A DNA stretch of 64,000 nucleotides from a virus (IMGVR_UViG_3300047313_000015:33340-97339), one strand, 5' to 3'. Shown: positions 20,125 to 29,550, counted from the stretch's first letter. A program made the numbers and translations. Notes: a model not told the origin generated them from the letters alone.

Positions 20125-20756
20125 GCGCAACCGCGCTCTACGGAATCAGAAAGGTCAGGTCATGATTCTTACCTTCACCGAAACACCACTCAGTCCCGAA
20201 GATGCTTACGCCGCGCTGCGGGCGCTTGGATACGGCAGTAGGTTCGCCGGGCAGGCTGTCGCGGAGGCTGAGGCTGAGGGACAATTCTACGGCCCCGATC
20301 TCGAAGTCACCTCAAGTGACGCCGGGATCATGTTCACCGTTCGCAGCATTTAGGGAGGCAGCATGAAGGTACGTGTGGTCCTGGTGGTCGAGCTTGACCC
20401 GAAGGCCTGGCAGGAAGAGTACGGCGTGACCGATGTCCGCGAGGATGTCCGCGAGTACGTGCTGAACATGGCACAGAGTGAGATAGCACGAACCGGCGTT
20501 AGCGTTACGTTGGGAGGGTGACTGACGATGATAGCCCTAGGGCATTTCATCCTGGTCCTGATGGCGATATCCTTTGTGGCCGGTATGGCACATGAGATCT
20601 GGACTAAGATCCAGGCTGCTAAGGTAGCAAAGGCAGAAGCGGCAGAGCGGGACACCGAAGAGAGCACCCGGTGACCAGCTACTGCCCCCGGTGCCACCGC
20701 CCCTATGTGGACTGGGACCGGCACCTGAAGATCTGCACGGGAAGGAAGAGGTAACG

Positions 20757-21113
20757 ATGGCCGGGTGCACTTGCGCGATGGGCCAGGGTCAGTGCGGGAT
20801 CAACGCCTGTCACTGCACTACGACAATCATGGACTGCATTGTCCATGGCACAAGCGAGATCGCGCAGCGGGAGCGTGAGCTAGCTGAACCCGCACTGGTG
20901 CTGGTGATCGCTCACGACTACCGGGATTACGTGACCTGGTGCCGGGAGAACCCGGATACCTACCGGGACTGCCGCGTTATCTATGCCCGGGACGAGCGGT
21001 CATTGCAGGGCCTGGTGGGACCGGCTGAGGTAATCACGACTATGCGCGGCTACTTCCGGCGGGACATTATGGATATCCGCCGCGCCGTCCGTGTCGTTCA
21101 GCAGCATGCATAA
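20757..21113 (+). CDS. Hypothetical protein, last of early island
   Basis: RBS GAGG, followed by terminator. Confidence 0.55.
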   Translation: MAGCTCAMGQGQCGINACHCTTTIMDCIVHGTSEIAQRERELAEPALVLVIAHDYRDYVTWCRENPDTYRDCRVIYARDERSLQGLVGPAEVITTMRGYFRRDIMDIRRAVRVVQQHA

Positions 21114-21118
21114 CAGAG

Positions 21119-21149
21119 AGGGCCGCCCCGAGAGGGGCGGCCCTTTTTT
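21119..21149 (+). terminator. Intrinsic terminator ending the early island
   Basis: AGGGCCGCCCC-GAGA-GGGGCGGCCCT then T-run, at the convergence of two units. Confidence 0.85.
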
Positions 21150-21290
21150 ACTGTCTGAAACTAGTTGCTGATCGGCAAGCAAGGATCGCGGCCCTGAGAG
21201 CCCCTGTAAGCCCCGTAAATTCTGGACCCACCCGATCACCCCACCCCGGTGCCTTCAGGCCGTCTCCGTGGATCTGGGGGCCGGGAAGAG

Positions 21291-21636
21291 CTATCTGTGT
21301 CGTCTGCGCCAGGCTGAGTTGCACTTGAAAGTGAGCCGGGGCCAGATTACCTAGATCATTCCCACCCCCAAGGCGTTTGGGCACCAGATGCTCGGCAGTG
21401 ATCATCTCTTCCAGCCCGAACGGCTGGCCGCAGATCACGCACGGGCGGCCGGTCTCCCTGGTATGCCTGACCATGGCACGGCGATTCTGGTCATACTCCG
21501 CGTCATACCCGCGAGCCTGCCGGGACGGACGGTTAGCCGGTTGCCTCCGCTGCTGTGGCGGGCGCAATGCCAGGCACGTATCGCACATCGAGGCCCGTAC
21601 CGGCGTGCCACATACGAAACATGGCCGCTTAAGCAT
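21291..21636 (-). pseudogene. Terminase-associated (HK97 gp74-like) HNH endonuclease with +1 frameshift in the HNH motif
   Basis: PCFVCG...SRQARGYD...CVICG...TAEH...GGGNDLGNLAPAHF; canonical KCNSAWRRRHR-stop continues in +1 frame. Confidence 0.7.
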
Positions 21637-21968
21637 TAGCTCGCCTTGATCGTCAGAGGCCCGTAGAACACGACGAAAATCGCGTTATTGGTATCGGTGA
21701 GAGTGAGTTTCCACCATTGCACACCTGAAGTTGTAACGTTGGCGTGCGGGATAACAAGCTTAAGCTGACCGAGTGCAGAACTTACGATTGTCAGCCCGGA
21801 ACCCACCTGGTAAAGAGTGGCCCCGCTGTCGAGCGCGTCCTTGGTGGCTTTCTGGTATGCCTTGGGAGTAAAACCTGTCAGCGGGAGAATTGCACCGTTC
21901 AGTGTGACATTAAGATTGAACGCGGTGTCACTGTTGGCCAGAACCATCAAAGGGAAGTATTGCGACAT
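21636..21968 (-). CDS. Small beta-rich virion-associated protein (BppU-like)
   Basis: LPLTGFT...GLTIVSSALGQLKLVIP...YGPLTI pattern. Confidence 0.55.
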   Translation of the reverse strand: MSQYFPLMVLANSDTAFNLNVTLNGAILPLTGFTPKAYQKATKDALDSGATLYQVGSGLTIVSSALGQLKLVIPHANVTTSGVQWWKLTLTDTNNAIFVVFYGPLTIKAS

Positions 21969-24053
21969 CTAGGTTTTCGCCCCTCCCAATCGGTCAGTAG
22001 TAATTGTCCCGCCGTGCCTGTCGGTTGCTATCTTCCCGCCGTAATTTACCGAGGCCGTATCGATAGAGCCCGCGAAACTATCATGCGAGATCGTGCCTGA
22101 GTAGTGGTCGGCCTGTGTGATCGTCCCGCCGAGGCCGGTGGTCAGCGTAAGGATAACCCCGACCACGGCAGCCAGCGTGTCTGCGCCTGCACCGGTATCA
22201 GCCAGGAACACGTGCACGGCCAGCGTCAGGATGTCCGAGCCCGCACCTGCCTCTGCCAGCGGCACAGCGGCACTGGTAGCCAGCGATGAGGATCCCGTCC
22301 CGGAATCGATTAGCTGTATGCCGGGTGTCAGTGTGTCCGCGCCGGAACCGCTATCAGCGAACGATACAGTCACCGTGACGGTAAGCGTGTCAGTCCCGGT
22401 GCCCGTATCCGCCAGGCCTGCCGTTGCCGTAACGCTGAGAGCGTCTGTACCGGTGCCGGAATCCGGGAGAGCCACCGGAGTACCGGTCGCTACTGAAAGG
22501 CTGTCAGATCCAGCCCCAGCGTCGGCCAGGGCTATGGCCGCGTTCGTGCCCAGCGAGTCGGTGCCTGTACCTGCATCAGACAGACTGACCGTTACAGTCA
22601 GCAGATCCGTGCCGGTGCCGGAATCGGTCAGGAAGGTTGTCAGGCCGGTGGTGAGCGAATCGCTGCCAGTGCCAGAATCAGATAGCGGAATACCGATCTT
22701 AAGAGAATCGGATCCCGAACCAGAATCCGTCAGTGGTGCGGTGGCTGTCAGTGACAGCGCGTCAGATCCTGCACCCGAATCAGTTAGCTGGACAGTAATA
22801 GCCAGCGAGTCGGTGCCTGTACCTGAATCAGATAGCAAGGTCTGCTGACCGGATAGCAGGATATCGCTACCTGTACCGGAATCAGAGAGTGCTATCCCGA
22901 TGATAAGGGAATCTGCACCCGCGCCGCTGTCCGTTAGCTGGACCGAAGCCGAGGTGGTAACCGCGTCGGTGCCAGTACCCGAGTCAGATAGCCGGTTGGT
23001 TATTGCCAGCGCATCTGCGGCAGTGCCTGAATCGGTAAGTGATACCGCTGCACTTACCGCAAGGGCATCGGAGCCAGAGCCGCTATCTGTAAGGTTTACA
23101 GATACTGACAGTGCGTCCGTACCGGTGCCGGTATCTGCCAGCGGAACAGCGACCGATACCGTTAGCACATCGGAGCCGGTTCCCGCGTCGATCAGTGATT
23201 GTGCTGCCGCCGTGCTAAGTGCGTCTGTTCCTGCGCCTGAATCGGAAGTCCCAATCGCCGCATCGGCGGCTAGCGCATCAGCGCCCGTACCCGAGTCAGC
23301 AAGGGAAATGCTGGACGTGCCGTTAACGGCATCCGGAATGACCGGAGTAAGTCTCTTGCGTCCGCTTCGGTTCTGTCGCCAGTATTTACCCCCGTGCGGA
23401 ATCGGGTAACCTGGGGGAGCCGCAGCCGCGCCCAGTACCTCGACCGCGACAATACCCCAGAAGTCCGAGTTAGACTCGGAGAATCCAGTAGTTACGGTTC
23501 CGCCGGTAGTAGTCCAGGTGCCACCGGCTGTGTTGTCGGCGGCAGTATTTCCGTCGCCACCCTGACTCCAGCGGGTAGTAGCCCCAGTGCCAGTTGCAGA
23601 TATAGATCCGGCTAGGGAACCAACGCTGGCCGTTGCTGCTATCAGGTTGCCGCTGGTCGTACCGGTAACGTTGACCGATACCGAAGTACCCGACGTGAAT
23701 GAAGTGAATACGGTGCCGAACCCGGAAGCACCGGTAAAGGTGATCGAGCCACCGGTAACATGGTTAGCACTGACATCAGAAAAGGTTACCGATACCGTGT
23801 TAGAACCTGTCGGCAGCGTATCTGATTTCAGTCCCCAGAAATCGATACCGCCAGGACCGACATTGTTAGCTGCTATCTGGCCCAGCCGGGAGAGCGCAAC
23901 ACCGCCATAGGAAACGGCGGTAACGGTAGAGCTTGTGCCGGTTCGGTAGTTGACGCCAACTACAATTGCATTACCAGCATTGGAATGCAGCCAGGTGCCG
24001 GGGCTAGTGGTTATCGCGGCGCCGGAAGCAGTAACGGCATCGAAGGCGACCAT
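21969..24053 (-). CDS. Repeat-rich protein (about 25 LxDSGTGxDxL repeats), probable virion fibre or decoration
   Basis: N-terminal beta domain (VAFD...DFWGIVAVEV) then tandem ~19-aa repeats. Confidence 0.75.
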   Translation of the reverse strand: MVAFDAVTASGAAITTSPGTWLHSNAGNAIVVGVNYRTGTSSTVTAVSYGGVALSRLGQIAANNVGPGGIDFWGLKSDTLPTGSNTVSVTFSDVSANHVTGGSITFTGASGFGTVFTSFTSGTSVSVNVTGTTSGNLIAATASVGSLAGSISATGTGATTRWSQGGDGNTAADNTAGGTWTTTGGTVTTGFSESNSDFWGIVAVEVLGAAAAPPGYPIPHGGKYWRQNRSGRKRLTPVIPDAVNGTSSISLADSGTGADALAADAAIGTSDSGAGTDALSTAAAQSLIDAGTGSDVLTVSVAVPLADTGTGTDALSVSVNLTDSGSGSDALAVSAAVSLTDSGTAADALAITNRLSDSGTGTDAVTTSASVQLTDSGAGADSLIIGIALSDSGTGSDILLSGQQTLLSDSGTGTDSLAITVQLTDSGAGSDALSLTATAPLTDSGSGSDSLKIGIPLSDSGTGSDSLTTGLTTFLTDSGTGTDLLTVTVSLSDAGTGTDSLGTNAAIALADAGAGSDSLSVATGTPVALPDSGTGTDALSVTATAGLADTGTGTDTLTVTVTVSFADSGSGADTLTPGIQLIDSGTGSSSLATSAAVPLAEAGAGSDILTLAVHVFLADTGAGADTLAAVVGVILTLTTGLGGTITQADHYSGTISHDSFAGSIDTASVNYGGKIATDRHGGTITTDRLGGAKT

Positions 24054-24069
24054 AGGTTACCGCCTTCTG

Positions 24070-24672
24070 TTAGTTCTCCCCATAGAACTTGTACCGGTCC
24101 ATGCGGATAAGGTTGGCAGCGTTGGACGTGTTGCAGGCTACGCCAATGTGCAGGTCGTAGGTTACCGACTGCGAATAGTTGGTGATCGTGTTGGTGGATA
24201 CGTTGTTGTCAGGCAGAGTTGCGAAGAAGGGGGAGATAAATCCCTTAGGTGATTTGATCTCTCCGAATGTGGTGAACTGAGATGTACCAGTAGCACCGCT
24301 GTCCTCATTGACGTTATCCATCCACATGTCCAGCTCCAGGCTATATGGATCCAGAGTTTGTGACGCGACCATTTGGAGTGTTGCGAAAGTTCCCAACAGC
24401 AAACCACCGCCCGCGCTGAATGCCGTACCGTGCGCAAATAGCCGGGGAGTGATCGTGAAGATAGGGCCGGTAGTGGTCGAGCCCATCTTGCCCCACGCCT
24501 TGAACTTCAGGGTACGGCCAACGGAAGTGTTGTTAAAGAAGTAATAGGCCGGAATCTTCGGGATCAGAATACCACCCATCAGGCTGGCTTCGGTGGTAAA
24601 GGTTGCCAAAGTAGTTCCAGCAGCGATAGACGCCGATAGAACTTCGTTCTTAGTCGGGGTGTAATCACTCAT
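24070..24672 (-). CDS. Hypothetical beta-rich virion-associated protein
   Basis: Operon position, Thr/Gly-rich. Confidence 0.6.
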   Translation of the reverse strand: MSDYTPTKNEVLSASIAAGTTLATFTTEASLMGGILIPKIPAYYFFNNTSVGRTLKFKAWGKMGSTTTGPIFTITPRLFAHGTAFSAGGGLLLGTFATLQMVASQTLDPYSLELDMWMDNVNEDSGATGTSQFTTFGEIKSPKGFISPFFATLPDNNVSTNTITNYSQSVTYDLHIGVACNTSNAANLIRMDRYKFYGEN

Positions 24673-24675
24673 GGT

Positions 24676-24951
24676 TTATCCCGGAAGAAAATTGATATCT
24701 AGGTGTGGATCGAGAAGTAGGTCTCGAAGAAATTGTGCGATGGCCTCCCGAATAGCCTGATCGGAATCTCCATAGTGCAATGGCACTGCCATACTTCCGG
24801 GATTGGCACCGTTGTCTGGTAGTGTAGCCAATGTATCATCAGGCCGCAGGATCAAAAATGACACAGATAGACCCACTGGCTGGATGTCCGGAATATCTGT
24901 TCGCCACCCAGCGTCCATAATTTGCACATATGCCTTATTGTTCTGTGTCAT
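24676..24951 (-). CDS. Hypothetical protein
   Basis: RBS GGAAGGA, operon position. Confidence 0.6.
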   Translation of the reverse strand: MTQNNKAYVQIMDAGWRTDIPDIQPVGLSVSFLILRPDDTLATLPDNGANPGSMAVPLHYGDSDQAIREAIAQFLRDLLLDPHLDINFLPG

Positions 24952-24965
24952 GGAATTCCTTCCGA

Positions 24966-25610
24966 TTAGGTAAAGCTAAGGGTTGCGGTAGCGGTCCAGG
25001 TTCCGCCTGCCTTGGTTCCTGCGCCAATGTTGGTCGAATGGTTCATCATCGGTGCGGTAGCGGTAACAGTCGGGCCTGCACTGGAGGTTCCCTGATCAAC
25101 AGCGAATTCATTCCATGCGCCAACGGCATCGGTTGCACCGAAGGTGGCAACGAATACCACCGTGCCGGGGGTAGCTGCGGAGGTAACGGTCGGGAGCGCG
25201 CCGCAGAGCTTCCAGTTGTTACCGGTAAGGCTGGCTACCGAGCCCAGAGCGGTATCTGTCGCTGCGGCTGCGGAGACTGACGTACCGATCCCAATACGGC
25301 CCACGGTGGCTGAGAACAGCGTTGGGGAGCCAACCGTAACGGCCTTGAACAACTGACCCCAGCCAGCCTGGGTGATCAGGTTGCCATTATAGGTGAACTC
25401 CTCATACGGCTTAACACCCGCCTCCGCGAAATGATGCGGCTTAAGTATGATTGAATTTACTGGGATGCCGAATCGCATAAAAGCCCAGTTGGTCTGCTCC
25501 TCATCCCACTTCTGGACTACCAGCTTAGTGCGTTCACGGCCACTATCCACCATGGGAGCGGTCGCCTGGATCGCCATGTGGTCGAATCCAAACCCCTTGT
25601 CGATTGCCAT
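24966..25610 (-). CDS. Minor structural protein (fibre or whisker-like)
   Basis: GNLITQAG, IGIGTS..AA.ATDTAL, FVATFG...A..AWNEF, GTK...TW...ATL motifs of phage structural proteins. Confidence 0.65.
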   Translation of the reverse strand: MAIDKGFGFDHMAIQATAPMVDSGRERTKLVVQKWDEEQTNWAFMRFGIPVNSIILKPHHFAEAGVKPYEEFTYNGNLITQAGWGQLFKAVTVGSPTLFSATVGRIGIGTSVSAAAATDTALGSVASLTGNNWKLCGALPTVTSAATPGTVVFVATFGATDAVGAWNEFAVDQGTSSAGPTVTATAPMMNHSTNIGAGTKAGGTWTATATLSFT

Positions 25611-25621
25611 GTGTTCCTCTC

Positions 25622-25963
25622 CTAAATGGATGTGGGCGTCCAGCCCGATGCTTTTAGTACGGTATAGAGAACCTGGCTAGCGCCAAGCGAGAAGTTTACC
25701 GGGAAGCTGTGAACCTCTATGAATGGCAGACCCTGCACCCGGATAAAACAGGTCCACAAAAGCTGACCCGCACTGAAGTTGTCGGACGCCAGCAAGGACG
25801 CGGAAAGGATACCGGTTCCTCCGGGCATATTGTTTCCCCGGATAATAGGGGTAACAATTGCCGCGCCGGTATCATCCGCCAGTGTGCCGCCAGCCACGAA
25901 CAGCCAGTCGGCCGGTACGCCCGAGCCGAAGGCCTCAGTGAGAGTGACCAGATTGGCAGTCAT
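25622..25963 (-). CDS. Small structural-type protein, paralog of 31050-31409
   Basis: D.TGA.IV.P, LLASD, W...V.GLP shared with 31050-31409. Confidence 0.6.
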   Translation of the reverse strand: MTANLVTLTEAFGSGVPADWLFVAGGTLADDTGAAIVTPIIRGNNMPGGTGILSASLLASDNFSAGQLLWTCFIRVQGLPFIEVHSFPVNFSLGASQVLYTVLKASGWTPTSI

Positions 25964-26886
25964 TAGGCTAGCCCGCTGTCAATCTCCCACTGCTGGATAG
26001 CCGCTGCCAGGTTTCTGTCCCGGTGGCTGTAGTGGTAACGACCGGCCCATGGGCCAGCTACCGTGTCCAGCGTAACGTCCTTCAGCAGCGGGCCTGACGG
26101 ATCCGGAGTCGGCGTAGGGTCAGGCGTAGGAGTGGGGTCTGGCGGGACCGGAGTCGGCGCAGGAGCGGTTACCGGAACCGGGACGGTGCAATCGCCCTCC
26201 TCGGCCAGCAGGCGTTCCATGGTGGCGTAGGAGAAGCTGAAGGTGCCATTCAGTCCCCAGGATTCTCCCCAGGAGTTTACCGCATAGAAAACCTTAGCCT
26301 CGGGATCTATGCCAAGAACCTCGACCTCATGGCCGCCACGGACATATGCGCTCTTGCCAATGGCCACATAACCGTTAACATCCGGTACGTCGAAGCTGGA
26401 ATACCAGTTCATCCCGATTGCGGTTGGGCCATTCTGAAGAGCCAGCTCCATTGTGGCAATGTCGGTGCAGTGCGTATATCCGGATAGCATGCCCATCTGC
26501 ACAGCAGCTTTGCATCCGTCGATTCCGTCCGAGCCGGTGTCGTTCGGCGGGTATGCGCCCGGGTACGGGTCGAGGGTAGTGGCCAGCGAATAGACCTTGA
26601 CCGCCAGCGCCTCGTCCAGCACCGGATGATCCTTCAGCAGGTTCTCAAATACCGGTGTCGTACCTGTACATCCAACCACCGCATTACCGACACAGGATCC
26701 GCGATTACCCTGATCCAGCACGGGAATGCGGCGTGTCCATGCCTGAGCCACAATTCCACCGCGAGGTACTTTCGCCTGGAATGGGTAAAACGCACTGCGG
26801 GAGTCAGTATGGACATGACGGCCGAGTGGCATCCCGGCGATCTTAATCTCCGGGATGCGGCGGCGATAAATTGTTACGGTGGCCAT
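25963..26886 (-). CDS. Papain-family (C1) cysteine peptidase
   Basis: LDQGNRGSCVGNA (Gln, Cys), GGHEV (His), NSWGESWG (Asn); Pro-Thr linker. Confidence 0.9.
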   Translation of the reverse strand: MATVTIYRRRIPEIKIAGMPLGRHVHTDSRSAFYPFQAKVPRGGIVAQAWTRRIPVLDQGNRGSCVGNAVVGCTGTTPVFENLLKDHPVLDEALAVKVYSLATTLDPYPGAYPPNDTGSDGIDGCKAAVQMGMLSGYTHCTDIATMELALQNGPTAIGMNWYSSFDVPDVNGYVAIGKSAYVRGGHEVEVLGIDPEAKVFYAVNSWGESWGLNGTFSFSYATMERLLAEEGDCTVPVPVTAPAPTPVPPDPTPTPDPTPTPDPSGPLLKDVTLDTVAGPWAGRYHYSHRDRNLAAAIQQWEIDSGLA

Positions 26887-26895
26887 TGGTTATTC

Positions 26896-27021
26896 CTATC
26901 GGGCGATGGTAAAGATCAGGAAGATCAGGACGACGATGAACAGAATCCACAGCAGGTGGATGCTGAATCCGCCAAAGCCGAATAGCATCAGCAGCAGGAT
27001 GAGGACTAGAATCAGGGCCAT
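26896..27021 (-). CDS. 41-aa hydrophobic protein
   Basis: MALILVLILLLMLFGFGGFSIHLLWILFIVVLIFLIFTIAR, RBS GGAAATAGG. Confidence 0.6.
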   Translation of the reverse strand: MALILVLILLLMLFGFGGFSIHLLWILFIVVLIFLIFTIAR

Positions 27022-27024
27022 TAC

Positions 27025-27504
27025 CTATTTCCTTTCCTTATTTGCGGACCTATCTTTCGCGCATTGCTTACACTGACGCACTTCTTTTCCATTCCTCATC
27101 CGGGTGTAGAAGTCAGCATTGCTGTCCAGCCGATGTTTTCCGTTACCGCACAAGTGAGGAAGGCTTTTTCGTATAACTGCGTCGAATTTTCGGTGGCAGG
27201 AGGCACACATGGATACATATTCATCTTTGTCGCCCTGTTCACCTATTCGGTGCGCCCATTCATAAGGCCCTTCATGACCCCATGGGCAAGAGTTGGCGTT
27301 ACCTAGAGCACGGTATACTCTGCCGTGCAGAGCACCGTATCCTGCATTATCGCCCTTCCAGACTGGATTAGCGTTTCCAAGTCGGGAACAGGTGCGAGAG
27401 CAGTACGTTCTTCTAACCTGGATCCATTTACTAACCGTACAAGCAGGACAGGTCTTGATTTCGTAGGGATGATGGGTGTCCCCATCAAAATATTTGTAAG
27501 TCAT
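27025..27504 (-). CDS. HNH homing endonuclease
   Basis: NPVWKGDNAGYGALH..V, YEWAH, MCASCHRKFD; leaderless TG-TATAAT promoter. Confidence 0.8.
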   Translation of the reverse strand: MTYKYFDGDTHHPYEIKTCPACTVSKWIQVRRTYCSRTCSRLGNANPVWKGDNAGYGALHGRVYRALGNANSCPWGHEGPYEWAHRIGEQGDKDEYVSMCASCHRKFDAVIRKSLPHLCGNGKHRLDSNADFYTRMRNGKEVRQCKQCAKDRSANKERK

Positions 27505-27533
27505 GGGTACATTATACCACCCGTATGCGTGAC

Positions 27534-27725
27534 CTACTGACCTCCTTTTTGTTGATACCCCTTTACAAACGCTTCCGCATTAGGCTCAAGAACCGCATCG
27601 ATTTCGTCAAGGAGGTCATCGACATCCTCGGTTAGCTTGTCGTTCTGGATATTGGCTACCTTGTCATCGGTCTTTTCGGGCTGCCTGGTTTTCTGGACCT
27701 GAACTTGCTTCTGCTTCTGGTGCAT
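27534..27725 (-). CDS. pup: Prokaryotic ubiquitin-like protein Pup
   Basis: 63 aa, RBS GGAGGG; KLTEDVDDLLDEIDAVLEPNAEAFVKGYQQKGGQ-stop matches the Pup C-terminal signature. Confidence 0.95.
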   Translation of the reverse strand: MHQKQKQVQVQKTRQPEKTDDKVANIQNDKLTEDVDDLLDEIDAVLEPNAEAFVKGYQQKGGQ

Positions 27726-27825
27726 AACCCACCCTCCGCGTACAAAAAGGGGACGGGACCGGATGGTCTCGCCCCTTGGCACAATTCCAGACTTTTCCCT
27801 TCACTCAACAGTGGTGAACTTTTAT

Positions 27826-27901
27826 TGGCTGCTGGAGCTGGACTCGAACCAACATTGTCCTGACTCAGAATCAGGAGGGCTACCGATTACCCCACCCAGC
27901 A
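27826..27901 (-). tRNA. tRNA-Gln(CTG), CCA encoded
   Basis: Cloverleaf, loop TT-CTG-AG. Confidence 0.9.
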
Positions 27902-27975
27902 TTGGAGGTGTTTCGTATGGAGTCGAACCAAAGAGAGAACCGCAGAACTCCTGCCGATTTAGTACGGCCCATAGC

Positions 27976-28050
27976 TGGCAAGTGGCGGATCGAACACCTT
28001 GAGCGCGGGGTTGGAAGCCGCGACCGGCCCAGCCGGTTTATCTACTCACC
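27976..28050 (-). tRNA. Atypical tRNA, Trp(CCA) or Gly(TCC)
   Basis: GGTGAGT/ACTTGCC acceptor, 5-bp D stem, 9-nt loop CTTCCAACC, 4-bp T stem. Confidence 0.5.
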
Positions 28051-28086
28051 ATTGAGAGAGCTGATTTTCAGCTCTCTGTCTTACTG

Positions 28087-28266
28087 TTAGCCGAACAGGC
28101 GCTTGGTGGCTTCGCGACGTGCCGCACTGTAGGCGTCACGTGCTACCTGCAAGTCAGCCGCTGCCGCCTGTACTGCCGGGTCTGCGCTGATCTCGGCTGC
28201 CGGGTTCGTATGAGCGGCATCCCACTCTGCACTAGCCCGTGGACTGAGGGTGTCCTTAAACAGCAT
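28087..28266 (-). CDS. 59-aa hypothetical protein inside tRNA array
   Basis: RBS AGGAG, MLFKDTLSP...KRLFG. Confidence 0.55.
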   Translation of the reverse strand: MLFKDTLSPRASAEWDAAHTNPAAEISADPAVQAAAADLQVARDAYSAARREATKRLFG

Positions 28267-28330
28267 TTTCTCCTCCTATCAACCGGTCTGCGACCGGTAA
28301 CGTTACGGCCTGTTTTGGCCGTACCATTTG

Positions 28331-28402
28331 CTGACCTAGCTGGATTCGAACCAGCACCTTCCGGATTAACAGTCCGACGCTCTGCCGTTGAGCTATAGAT
28401 CA
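28331..28402 (-). tRNA. tRNA-Asn(GTT)
   Basis: Cloverleaf, loop CT-GTT-AA. Confidence 0.92.
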
Positions 28403-28971
28403 TTATTGCGGGAGTACCCTTCCCGCTCCAGGGCGACAAGTTACCACCGGTTTCCCGGCCGCTCCCCTTGCTCCCCCAGACAGCGCGCGTTCTGCCTGGG
28501 CTACCCTGCCCGAGTCTCTGATGATTCGATGATACGTTTAACTAATCATTCTGGTCACGACGAGTGGTGGTGCCCTGCATCCGGCACGCAATTCCACGTG
28601 TCATCCTGCGTCAGGTGGCTATGATACTCGGCGTGCTGGTGAGCCGGGCAGTGATCGGAACCCCTCGTACCAAGCGGACTGCATCCACCACCACCAGATA
28701 CCAGGGCCACCCCAGCGGCCACCGCTGCCAGCTTCATAACGATATGGTGCCTCAGCCACATCTCAGTTCCTCTCGTAGGGTCTGTGCGGCCCTCAGATCG
28801 TCTGTAAGGCCCTGAAACTCGCTGGGCTAGGGAATCACCCTACCCCGGGTTCTACAAGTCGCCAGCGGCCAGCTCAAGCCCGCGCAGCCACCATGGAGAG
28901 CCTTCGGGGTTCTCGTCCATCAGTTCCCAGCCTCGCTCTTTCCATGCTTCCATGCTTGCCTCCCTCTTACG

Positions 28972-29060
28972 TGGACCTGGCGGGATTCGAACCCGCGAGC
29001 ACCACAGCGTTCAGGCGAGGGGTCTCGCTTCACCGCTGACGACTAGTCGGTTTCAGGCCC
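28972..29060 (-). ncRNA. tRNA/TLD-like RNA with G3-U70 and no anticodon loop
   Basis: GGGCCTG/CAGGTCC-A acceptor, canonical T arm, extended helix CAGCG..GCGAG-ACCC-CTCGC..CGCTG. Confidence 0.7.
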
Positions 29061-29064
29061 TTAG

Positions 29065-29147
29065 ATGCGGAGGCGGGATTTGAACCTCTTAGCTGCGATC
29101 TCCAGATTATGAGTCTGGCGAGGACGACCGAACTCCTCTACTCCGCA
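29065..29147 (-). tRNA. tRNA-Met(CAT) with 7-nt insertion in T stem
   Basis: Loop CT-CAT-AA; GCAG-CTAAGAG-G-TTCAAAT-CCCGC. Confidence 0.75.
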
Positions 29148-29180
29148 TTGATCTTTCACTGCTTAGTATACCAGCAGTAG

Positions 29181-29251
29181 AAGCCCCAGCCGGGTTCGAA
29201 CCGGCGTAACCTGGGTTGCAGCCAGGCACCTCACCACTCGGCCATGGGACT
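29181..29251 (-). tRNA. tRNA-Cys(GCA)
   Basis: Cloverleaf, loop CT-GCA-AC, U73. Confidence 0.9.
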
Positions 29252-29254
29252 TAG

Positions 29255-29313
29255 CCTGCCTACCGTAGGTGCGGGGCTGATCATTGTCAGCCGTCTAACT
29301 GGGGTAGGTCAGG
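29255..29313 (-). repeat. Dual-spacer stem-loop unit A
   Basis: CCTA-CC-CCA-GTTAG-AC-GG-CTGA-CAATGA-TCAG-CC-CCG-CACCT-AC-GG-TAGG. Confidence 0.85.
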
Positions 29314-29473
29314 ACCTTTCGAAAAATACGCTGATCGGAGTTCCCGCCATCTGATCAGGAGCAGCGGCCACGGCAGTGACCACGGGTTGCTGTGAACGGG
29401 CTCATACGAGCTATTACCGTTCCGCGTAATCAGGTCTGCCGACCTGTCTCGTGAGGTCCCCTGGACCTCTTAG

Positions 29474-29550
29474 CGCGGGTGATGGGATTCGAACCCACAT
29501 GCATCCAGTTACCTTTTCGACTGTTTAGGAAACAGAGAGGATACACCCGT
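29474..29550 (-). tRNA. Non-canonical (rewired D arm) tRNA-Arg(CCT)
   Basis: Acceptor, T arm and loop TT-CCT-AA present; no D hairpin, TATCC pairs with GGATG 3' of anticodon arm. Confidence 0.75.
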
